Counted from the stretch's first letter, positions 10,729 to 17,239 are shown. The stretch: DNA of 18,076 bases from Hormoscilla sp. (GCA_051439505.1 JBFRWI010000169.1:1-18076); one strand, 5' to 3'. The notes: a model not told the origin generated them from the sequence alone. A program made the numbers and translations.

Positions 10729-10937
10729 GTAGGGTGGGCACTGCCCACCATCTGGCAAATGTCGGGTGTACAGGGTGCATTTCAATGCAAGACATCTCTT
10801 TGGTTGGGTTGTCGAAAGTTACCCAACAAGGGCAACGCATACAACATTGATTTGTTGGGTTTCGTGCCTCAACCCAACCTAGGAGATTAATATTTTTGCA
10901 AATATGCAGTCCACCCGGTGGGCTGTGCCCACCCTAC
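10729..10937. repeat. Cluster of GTAG-footed REP-like hairpins (REPIN/BIME-like)
   Basis: GTAGGGTGGGCACTGCCCACC (10729-10749) and an inverted partner GGTGGGCTGTGCCCACCCTAC (10917-10937) bracket GTTGGGTTTCGTGCCTCAACCCAACCTAG (10854-10882) and a related TTGGGT..ACCCAA hairpin near 10804-10826. Confidence 0.85.
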
Positions 10938-10960
10938 GGCAAAAGGATAAAATAAAAAAA

Positions 10961-11107
10961 ATGGTTGCAGCAAAAGCTTTGGATCGAGGAAAAACCTCCA
11001 TCCGCAAACAACCTCAATGGATTCAGGATAGCTTCTTTCTCGGGAATGACTTTCACTATCGGAAGAAAAACTGTCTCCCTCACAATGCCCTGAACCTATC
11101 CGTGTTA
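10961..11107 (+). pseudogene. Truncated duplicate of the first 49 codons of the downstream fatty acid desaturase
   Basis: MVAAKALDRGKTSIRKQPQWIQDSFFLGNDFHYRKKNCLPHNALNLSVL vs MVTTKALDKGRTSIRKQPQWIQDSFFLGNDFHYRKKNCLAHNALNLSVL (11589-11735). Similarity stops abruptly after CCGTGTTA. Confidence 0.9.
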
Positions 11108-11132
11108 CTGTCTAGTATAGGGGCGATCGGGG

Positions 11133-11207
11133 GCAATACAATTATATCAGATTTCGCTAATTGTATACGATCCAGTTAATGAGGTGATTGTGCAATGGAG
11201 AAGATAA
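11133..11207 (+). pseudogene. xisH: 3' remnant of xisH
   Basis: Reads AIQLYQISLIVYDPVNEVIVQWRR*, resembling the XisH C-terminus (LIVYDP..EVI.QW). It overlaps the xisI start as in xisHI pairs; the 5' part is missing. Confidence 0.75.
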
Positions 11208-11530
11208 CAAAATATCGGGAGTATATTCAGAATCTATTGACTCGTTACGCTAGTACTGATATCTCGGACGAGCAAGTGGAGGTGCAACTGATCTTGGACC
11301 CGGTGCGAGATCATTATCAGTGGATGAATGTGGGGTGGCAGCATCTTACTCGCGTCTATCGATGTGTGATCCATTTTGATATTAAAGATGGTAAAATATG
11401 GCTTCAGCAGAATTTAACCGATCGCGATCCCGCTGAAGAATTAGTTGCCATGGGAGTCCCTAAAGAGGATATCGTCCTAGGGTTGCACCCTCCCTACAAG
11501 CGACAGTACACTGAATATGGTACTGTCTAA
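11195..11530 (+). CDS. xisI: XisI family protein
   Basis: D..RDHYQWMNVGW...RVY.CVIHFDIKDGKIWLQQN.T...AEELVAMGVPKEDIVLG.HPPYKRQYT.Y is the XisI signature. Confidence 0.93.
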   Translation: MEKITKYREYIQNLLTRYASTDISDEQVEVQLILDPVRDHYQWMNVGWQHLTRVYRCVIHFDIKDGKIWLQQNLTDRDPAEELVAMGVPKEDIVLGLHPPYKRQYTEYGTV

Positions 11531-11531
11531 T

Positions 11532-11565
11532 GTAAGGTGGGCACTGCCGGCAGTGCCCACCTTAC
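11532..11565. repeat. Perfect 34-bp palindrome formed by two fused REP halves
   Basis: GTAAGGTGGGCACTGCC|GGCAGTGCCCACCTTAC, related to the REP at 10729. Confidence 0.9.
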
Positions 11566-11588
11566 GGCTGAAAAGGATAAAAAACATT

Positions 11589-12557
11589 ATGGTTACAACA
11601 AAAGCCTTAGATAAAGGAAGAACCTCTATCCGCAAACAACCTCAATGGATTCAGGATAGCTTCTTTCTAGGTAATGACTTTCACTATCGGAAGAAAAACT
11701 GTCTAGCCCACAATGCCCTGAACCTATCCGTGTTAGGATTAATATTAGGGGCGCTATATTTTTTCTGTTATCTAGGTACGATGCTGCCACCATTATTATA
11801 CATACCCCTGGGCAGCTTGGGATTGGGAGTTTGTTTCTTCATGCTCTTCATTTTGGTGGTCCATGAAGCATGCCATGATATGTTTGTGGTCAGCAAAGAC
11901 CTGAAGAAAGCCCGAACTTGGAATCGCATTTGGGGATGGATAGTTTGCTTTCCTTTCGGTATAGATTATATTAACCACTGGGAAATCGGACATGAACTGC
12001 ATCACCTCTATCTCACTGAACCGACAGATCCCCAGAATTGTCCGGAAGCTATGTATACGGGACGGAAATTGTGGCAGCATGTAGCTAAAGCATTATTATT
12101 GCCCGGTTACGCTCACATATACGATCGCTACAATGACTGTCCCGCAACCCAAGAATATGCCAGAAGTTGGCAGTTGTTCGTAAGTATGCTAGGACTATGG
12201 ACAGTTACATTGAGTTTAGCAATAATATATTTAGGTTGGCCAGTTGCAGTGGCTGCTTTCTTGGGAGCAGAGATCCTGTCGGTATTCAATCAATTTAAAA
12301 TAGCCATGGAACATGCCGGGGAAATTGCTCGCCGGGAAAATCCCTTCATGAGGTCTGTCAGTTCCTTTTTTCCTTTGCGACAGTTGTTGATGCCCTTGAA
12401 TATATCGGTCCATTTTGAACATCACTTGAACTGCTACGTTCCCTGGTACGATCTCATGAAATACCATCGGCAACTGGAAAAAATTGTTCCTCCCGAAGTG
12501 CAAAAGCAGATCTTTCGATATAATAGAGATGTGTGGCAGCAGATACGGTCTCGTTAA
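11589..12557 (+). CDS. Membrane fatty acid desaturase-family protein (322 aa)
   Basis: Three His boxes HEACH, HELHH and HFEHH plus hydrophobic segments. ATG 11589 is chosen because the upstream part of the ORF is REP-derived and the duplicate copy starts at the equivalent ATG. Confidence 0.9.
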   Translation: MVTTKALDKGRTSIRKQPQWIQDSFFLGNDFHYRKKNCLAHNALNLSVLGLILGALYFFCYLGTMLPPLLYIPLGSLGLGVCFFMLFILVVHEACHDMFVVSKDLKKARTWNRIWGWIVCFPFGIDYINHWEIGHELHHLYLTEPTDPQNCPEAMYTGRKLWQHVAKALLLPGYAHIYDRYNDCPATQEYARSWQLFVSMLGLWTVTLSLAIIYLGWPVAVAAFLGAEILSVFNQFKIAMEHAGEIARRENPFMRSVSSFFPLRQLLMPLNISVHFEHHLNCYVPWYDLMKYHRQLEKIVPPEVQKQIFRYNRDVWQQIRSR

Positions 12558-12576
12558 AAAGCCTTTGCGTTGCTGC

Positions 12577-12627
12577 CCGAACCCTAAAGGGTCCGGCTAA
12601 AAGAACGAAGCCCGCCTGCGCGGGCTA
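12577..12627 (-). repeat. Two-hairpin dispersed repeat (GCCCGC..GCGGGC + TAGCCGG.CCCTTTAGGGTTCGG)
   Basis: CCGAACCCTAAAGGGTCCGGCTAAAAGAACGAAGCCCGCCTGCGCGGGCTA. Other copies at 14055-14103, 14200-14248 and 16767-16816. Confidence 0.9.
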
Positions 12628-12680
12628 GAGTACAAAAGTAAGATGCACCCGGAAAACCTTATACATAAGAGTTTTCCCCC

Positions 12681-12709
12681 CTCGTTCCCGGGAACTGCCT
12701 GGGAACGAG
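12681..12709. repeat. CTCGTTCCC..GGGAACGAG hairpin repeat
   Basis: CTCGTTCCCGGGAACTGCCTGGGAACGAG; related copy at 17666-17692. Confidence 0.8.
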
Positions 12710-12749
12710 TAACGAGGCGAGTGCCTATAGTAGCACAGGGTGCAAGATA

Positions 12750-13001
12750 ATGAGATTAGTATGGGACGAGCAGATTATGGAAAGAATATCGGTCAATCCT
12801 CAAATACGTTTTGGCAAACCTTGTATCGCTGGCACTCGCATTACTGTCCAGGAAGTGCTGGAACTACTGGATGCAGGACTTTCATTTCAAGACATTATGC
12901 GCGATTACTATCCAGATATTCAAGTGGAGGACATCCGCGCCTGTCTTAAGTATGCTATTGCATTGATAGCGGCTGAAGATATTCACTATCTGTCTGCATA
13001 A
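12750..13001 (+). CDS. DUF433-family putative antitoxin
   Basis: RISVNPQIRFGKPCIAGTRITVQEVLELLDAG.S..DI..DYYP.I..EDIRACLKYA. Alternative start at ATG 12777. Confidence 0.92.
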   Translation: MRLVWDEQIMERISVNPQIRFGKPCIAGTRITVQEVLELLDAGLSFQDIMRDYYPDIQVEDIRACLKYAIALIAAEDIHYLSA

Positions 13002-13003
13002 AA

Positions 13004-13447
13004 ATGAGATTATTGCTGGACCAAAACATATACGCTGTGACAGCAAGATTGCTCATAGACGCTGGGCATGATGTTATTCTAGTAGCTCAACTTGGTCTTT
13101 CCCAGGCAAGTGATGAAGAAATACTTACAACAGCGCGGGAACAAAACCGGATCATGGTCACGGGAGATAGAGATTATGGGAACCTGGTTTTTGTTAAAGC
13201 TATTGTATCGGGTGTTATCTACCTGCGGATATCACCGGCAAACATAAACGCAATCGGAAGCCAACTAGAATTAATTCTACAAACTTACCCGGAAGTAGAA
13301 TTAGCACAATCTTTTGTGATTGTAGAACCAAGTAGAGTTGCGACTAAGTTCCCAAAAACTTACACATCTCTCATATTTAGAGGAATCATCAGTAATAAAA
13401 AAGCTATTTTCGGTATAAAAAACTTATCAAGTTTACGTAGGATATAG
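13004..13447 (+). CDS. DUF5615-family PIN-like putative toxin (C-terminus possibly aberrant)
   Basis: MRLLLDQNI..GHDV..ASDEEIL..A....RIMVTGDRDYG.LVF...GVIYLR; starts 2 nt after the DUF433 stop. Confidence 0.88.
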   Translation: MRLLLDQNIYAVTARLLIDAGHDVILVAQLGLSQASDEEILTTAREQNRIMVTGDRDYGNLVFVKAIVSGVIYLRISPANINAIGSQLELILQTYPEVELAQSFVIVEPSRVATKFPKTYTSLIFRGIISNKKAIFGIKNLSSLRRI

Positions 13448-13701
13448 CAGAGCAGGCGCTCGTCTTACTTGAGAGGGGCAAATGAAGCGCAAGTCCACTT
13501 GCTTTTAGTGATGCAAGTCCACTAAGCTTGAAATTAGCAGTGGATGGCTAGCCCTGGCTGCTAACTATAAGCGCTCGCTGGCTTTGGGCCACGAGTTTTG
13601 CTGGCTGCGGCCTCCCGTGTCGAAAGATGCGGATGTTATACTTGCACCGATCTAGTTGTTAGATTTGTGAGGGTTAAACGCAGCACATAGGTTGAGAAGA
13701 C

Positions 13702-13960
13702 TACAGCACTTCTCAATAAGGTGAGGTAGGGTGTGGTCAAAACCCGTTGATCGTTCATGGTACCCCCCAGTCGTCGGATCCCCCCAAACCCCCCTTAAAA
13801 AGGGGGGCAACCGGTGCGCCCCCCCTTCCCAAAAGGGGGGGCTTGGGGGGGATCCTCTACAACAAATGCATGACCACACCCGGTGAGGTACAGTGAAAGC
13901 CTTGCTATCACAGGGTTTCATCGCTTGATGCTGTACCTCATAATTTCGATAAATGCTATA
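13702..13960. mobile_element. Outer MITE-like element with TA(C/T)AGCA..TGCTATA ends, interrupted by an inner MITE
   Basis: Removing the insert and one TSD gives a left arm TACAGCACTTCTCAATAAGGTGAGGTACAG, which matches the reverse complement of 13931-13960 (TATAGCATTTATCGAAATTATGAGGTACAG) at 22/30 positions. Confidence 0.75.
13729..13881. mobile_element. 153-bp MITE with 11-bp TIRs and a 9-bp target-site duplication
   Basis: TIRs GGGTGTGGTCA (13729-13739) and TGACCACACCC (13871-13881); flanking direct repeat GGTGAGGTA at 13720-13728 and 13882-13890; internal poly-C/poly-G hairpin at 13776-13855. Confidence 0.9.
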
Positions 13961-14054
13961 TTATCGGGAGAAAGGGACGGACAGTGATTGAGAGTCTAGG
14001 TCTAAATAAGTTCCGGGTGCGACGATAATGCATGTAATGTCATGTCATGCCGCG

Positions 14055-14248
14055 GCCCGCGCAGGCGGGCTTTGTAAGTGTAGCCGGGCCCTTTAGGGTT
14101 CGGGCTATGAGGCCGAGTACCAACTGGTGCAAGACCACACCCTGGGCACACCGCGTCACGGGTGAAGTGAAAGTCAGATGTATAGGGTGATGCATTCTAG
14201 CCCGCGTAGGCGGGCTTTGTACCTGTAGCCGGGCCCTTTAGGGTTCGG
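14055..14248 (+). repeat. Two direct copies of the GCCCGC..GCGGGC / GTAGCCGGGCCCTTTAGGGTTCGG repeat
   Basis: Copies at 14055-14103 and 14200-14248, each followed shortly by GGTGCAAGACC. Confidence 0.9.
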
Positions 14249-14306
14249 CGGCGGGCGGGTGCAAGACCCCATCCGGGGATCCCTTTGAGTCCATCGCGAT
14301 CTGACA

Positions 14307-14321
14307 AGAAACCGGGTTTCT
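14307..14321. repeat. Single AGAAACCGGGTTTCT copy
   Basis: Exact 15-mer preceded by ATCTGACA, as at 17463-17480. Confidence 0.85.
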
Positions 14322-14828
14322 GACGCGGACTGTGGGGGAGGCGGATAGTCAAATTCCACGCAACCACCGGTCCACAGCAGGACTGCAACCGGTGGAATAT
14401 AGCCGGAAAATTCCCCGAAAGGGCAGTCCATACCGGCGAGAAGCGTCTACTTCGACTCGGGATATCGGCTTCCCCGAGGGGAAAACATCAGTATATATAC
14501 GCGAAGTCCAGTCGTAATTGAGTGTTGTTACAGATGAGTTGGTGGCAAAGTCCAGACCGTCGCCACCGGCTAACCAAAAGCTTTTTATGAAGATTCTGTA
14601 AAGATAGGAAAATGTACTTGCCACTTGGGAGAGAATTGAGGCATACTAGAAAAAACGCGATGGCCGGGTACGAGAGGTCCGAGAGGTACCACCTGTGAGG
14701 CAGACAGAGAGGGCAGTAGTCCTATTGCGCCAGTCAGCTTGACGGTGTCCCACCAATCGACTGAAAACACTATTTAATAACGCGATCGCACACAGGGTGC
14801 GGGAAAAATTACCACCTAAGGGAAAGAA

Positions 14829-15449
14829 ATGAAAAAAATTACCAAAACCTTGGCCGCTGCCGCGACTACCGCCGCGACGACAGCATTAGTGGCGACTTTG
14901 ACGACGGCGAGCGCGAGCGCCACTTCTTTCTACAGTACCGAAATTTTCGGCGGGACGCTCACGATCGAGTTCGACGGAAACCGAGACGAGTTCTTGGACA
15001 GCGGAGTGACAGATTGGAGTAGTGTATCGTTTACGGGAGGAAACGATTTCGGCGAAACATACCAACCGTTCTTCGCAGGGGAATATTACTTCGAGGACCG
15101 ATGGGACGGTGCAGTGCGGGGATGGCGACCGAGTGATGGGGGCAAGGGGGGACTATATCAGTGGGTCGGCTCGGCTCCGGAGCACTTATTGGTCAAGGCT
15201 ACCGACGGTACCGGCACTGTCACCACGAGCGTTTTCTTGGAAGATGAGTATTGGGTCGAAACTTCTACCGGGGGGCGAGGCGGCTCCGGCGGGGGTGGAG
15301 AGCCCAGCCCCAGAGAAGGCGGAAGCGTCGTGTCCGGCGCGGGGGGGGAGCAAGAAGCGGTGTCCACCCCGGAGCCCAGCTCGGCGATCGCCCTTTCCGT
15401 GCTAGCGTTGGGAGCAGTAGCATCCAGACTGCGGCGTCGTTCCAAATAG
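14829..15449 (+). CDS. PEP-CTERM sorting-domain surface protein (206 aa)
   Basis: N-terminal signal peptide (MKKITK, Ala/Thr-rich, ASASA cleavage site), Gly-rich linker, and C-terminal TPEPSS + transmembrane helix + RLRRRSK. Confidence 0.92.
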   Translation: MKKITKTLAAAATTAATTALVATLTTASASATSFYSTEIFGGTLTIEFDGNRDEFLDSGVTDWSSVSFTGGNDFGETYQPFFAGEYYFEDRWDGAVRGWRPSDGGKGGLYQWVGSAPEHLLVKATDGTGTVTTSVFLEDEYWVETSTGGRGGSGGGGEPSPREGGSVVSGAGGEQEAVSTPEPSSAIALSVLALGAVASRLRRRSK

Positions 15450-15477
15450 CTTAGCACCAAGTCGAAAGAAGAGTCAA
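15448..15477 (-). promoter_or_regulatory. Candidate sigma70 promoter firing antisense into the PEP-CTERM gene
   Basis: Minus strand TTGACT (15477-15472), 18 nt, TAAGCT (15453-15448), with a TG extended -10 and an upstream A-tract. Confidence 0.4.
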
Positions 15478-15499
15478 GTTTTTTCTTTTTTCGGTAATT

Positions 15500-15549
15500 C
15501 GATACCTGTCAGGCCCGAAAAACATTCCCCGTGGCCCAGACAGGTATCG
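15500..15549. other. 11-bp inverted repeat between the convergent PEP-CTERM and RAYT genes
   Basis: CGATACCTGTC (15500-15510) and GACAGGTATCG (15539-15549). Could be a terminator or a transposase-recognised hairpin. Confidence 0.55.
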
Positions 15550-15687
15550 GGGGTTATAAAAATAAAATTTCCTTTCTTAAATATGCTATTAATTGAGAAA
15601 TATTCCTATTTGAGAGAGAAAAATATCCCTCAGCAGTTGCCAAACGGCATTTAGACAGTACGATCCCTTGTTTGACTCGCGACGAGG

Positions 15688-16443
15688 CTAATAGAACTTT
15701 TCTAAGGCGACTTCATAAGCATAACTATTAGCACGGACAAAATCGATGGCCGCCGTGACAATATCGTCCCGTTCCAAAGTCTGGGCTCTTTGGGCCCAAG
15801 GCAAAACCATCTGCCCGGGAGATTCTTGCTTGGGTTTAAGTTTGAGAATATTTGGCAAGAACTTTCTCCCCCAGTGGGAGCGGTTATCAGACTTAGCCCG
15901 GGGTTTATATCTGTTACAAAAGTGTTTATATTTTTCGGCACAGCCATCTAAATTATCGGCAAGTTCGAGGAACGCCGGATGCCATTGGGTCAACCCATCA
16001 TCTGTTAAGCGTGCATAGGATCCATAGTTAGAAAAGTCATAGAAAAAACCTTGTTGCATGCCGGCAGTTTTGGGATTGGCATGTATGTAGCGGAGGGTAT
16101 TTAACACCCTTTGGAAATCGGAGTTGGGAAATCCTTCACTAAAATAACGCTTCTCCCAGAAATGGCCGGTGCGGTTTAACATCCGATTGAAGCACATCGC
16201 CGTATACCAATTAATCCAATGCATGATTTTGGGTAAATCTTCCGGTTGGGCCGGTTCCAGGAGATAATGGACGTGGTTGGACATGATGCAGAGTCCATAG
16301 AGTTTGAACTGGTACTTCTCAATGGCCTTTTTGAGGGCGTAGAGGAAGACTTGCTTACATGTGTGGTTGGTCAGCTTAAATTCCCGGTTGTTGCAGCGGG
16401 AGGTGACGTGGTAACAATAGTCGGGTAAGAGTTCTCGTGACAT
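15688..16443 (-). CDS. REP-associated tyrosine (HUH, Y1) transposase, RAYT/TnpA-REP type (251 aa)
   Basis: YHVTSRCNN, the HUH motif MSNHVHYL, RTGHFWEKRY, the catalytic Tyr in LRYIHANPKTAG and FSNY. The NP..AG tail and C-terminal extension favour RAYT over IS200 TnpA, and there is no tnpB. ATG 16443 is used because the longer ORF start is repeat-derived. Confidence 0.88.
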   Translation of the reverse strand: MSRELLPDYCYHVTSRCNNREFKLTNHTCKQVFLYALKKAIEKYQFKLYGLCIMSNHVHYLLEPAQPEDLPKIMHWINWYTAMCFNRMLNRTGHFWEKRYFSEGFPNSDFQRVLNTLRYIHANPKTAGMQQGFFYDFSNYGSYARLTDDGLTQWHPAFLELADNLDGCAEKYKHFCNRYKPRAKSDNRSHWGRKFLPNILKLKPKQESPGQMVLPWAQRAQTLERDDIVTAAIDFVRANSYAYEVALEKFY

Positions 16444-16461
16444 AGGAGTGGGTGGGAGGCC

Positions 16462-16744
16462 AGAAACCGGGTTTCTTTTACAGATTATCATCTTGGTGGC
16501 CTCAATGACAACAGAAACCCGGTTTCTCGGAACCAAGCGCGTGGGGGCCAGAAACCGGGTTTCTTTGGTAAATGCTCATCTTCGTTGCTCAATGACAACA
16601 GAAACCCGGTTTCTCGGAACCAAACCCGCCCGTGTCCGCCAGAAACCGATGGTACGGGGAGACCTCCCGTGGGGGTTGAGAAACCGGGTTTCTTTGGAAA
16701 TGGCTGCAAATTGCCCTTAACTTGATAAAAGAAACCCGGTTTCT
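16462..16744. repeat. Array of three inverted AGAAACC(G/C)GGTTTCT doublets upstream of the RAYT
   Basis: Copies at 16462, 16513, 16550, 16600, 16679 and 16730 in alternating orientation; intra-doublet spacers of 36, 35 and 36 nt; partial copy at 16641. The first two doublets form an ~88-bp tandem duplication. Confidence 0.92.
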
Positions 16745-16766
16745 TGTCCGTTGGCCATCGACTACC

Positions 16767-16816
16767 CCGAACCCTAAAGGGTCCGGCTACATGAACAAAG
16801 CCCGCCTACGCGGGCT
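16767..16816 (-). repeat. Copy of the GTAGCCGG..CCCTTTAGGGTTCGG / GCCCGC repeat
   Basis: CCGAACCCTAAAGGGTCCGGCTACATGAACAAAGCCCGCCTACGCGGGCT. Confidence 0.9.
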
Positions 16817-17001
16817 GTGCGATCGCCCGTTGGTGGTGGATGCGATCGCGAACATAACGTAGGGGCACGGCAGGAGCAAATTATCGGTAAAGATGAGAAA
16901 TGTTTGTATCGCCGTACCGCAGCCCCATGGGGATGGGAATGCCGATGCGATCGACGGTTGGCGTCACGCGGGCTCTCCCCTTCAACACGAACAAAATTAT
17001 T

Positions 17002-17039
17002 TAAAAATGCGCAGGAGAGCCCTGCCACAGGGCGCTCCT
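17002..17039 (-). terminator. Putative intrinsic terminator of the candidate ncRNA
   Basis: Minus strand AGGAG-C-GCCCTG-TGG-CAGGGC-T-CTCCT followed by GCGCATTTTTA. The U-tract is offset from the stem by 5 nt. Confidence 0.45.
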
Positions 17040-17203
17040 TGTGGAGTGGAAGAGAGCGATCTAGAGATTTACCTGACCCGGAGTTACGCTCTGGCGCGCC
17101 TATTTCCGTTGCTTGACCCAAGTGAGGCGCTTTTGGCGCAGTCCGGGCCGGGCATCCCTGGTTTCGCTTGGGCTTTTTCCAAGCCCCCATCAACCTTCAT
17201 TAT
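17005..17203 (-). ncRNA. Candidate structured non-coding RNA (~200 nt), family not recognised
   Basis: Lies between a near-consensus promoter and a terminator-like hairpin. GC-rich with several long helices (17061-17082 with 17142-17161; 17117-17128 with 17161-17172; hairpin 17170-17186). No credible ORF. Confidence 0.55.
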
Positions 17204-17209
17204 GAATAT

Positions 17210-17239
17210 AGTATAGCTAACGGGAGTGGAACTTGTCAA
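17210..17239 (-). promoter_or_regulatory. Near-consensus sigma70 promoter
   Basis: Minus strand TTGACA (17239-17234), 18 nt, TATACT (17215-17210), with an A-tract UP-like element upstream. Confidence 0.65.

Noticed and set aside
7505..10840. Several long antisense and alternate-frame ORFs over the large fusion gene (and similarly over sbtA, menD, menF, the desaturase and PEP-CTERM)
   Set aside because: These are shadow ORFs of well-supported genes; the Ser-rich translations reflect the acidic codons of the sense strand.
11133..11530. A developmentally excised fdxN-type element
   Set aside because: No XisF-like recombinase or interrupted nif gene is present, xisH is only a remnant, and xisHI pairs are widely scattered in cyanobacterial genomes.
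11517..11588. Longer desaturase start at 11517
   Set aside because: It overlaps xisI and is translated from the REP palindrome (VRWALPAVPTL).
13489..13523. Direct repeat GCAAGTCCACT x2 (24-bp period)
   Set aside because: Only two copies with no supporting context; it could be chance or a mobile-element relic.
14349..14770. Frameshifted gene or group I intron upstream of PEP-CTERM
   Set aside because: The two short minus-strand ORFs show no family motifs. GACT/AGTCC words are present, but no convincing P3-P7 core or host exon.
15688..16443. Autonomous IS200/IS605 element
   Set aside because: There is no tnpB and no matched subterminal hairpin pair at both ends; protein length and the YIHANP..AG motif fit RAYT.
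16444..16536. Longer RAYT start at 16536
   Set aside because: The extra residues (RNRVS, RNPVS) are translations of the repeat array; the family-like sequence starts at MSRELL.
16462..16744. CRISPR array (repeats separated by 35-36 nt)
   Set aside because: The repeats are only 15 bp and alternate in orientation, the spacers resemble each other, copies are dispersed elsewhere in the window, and there are no cas genes.
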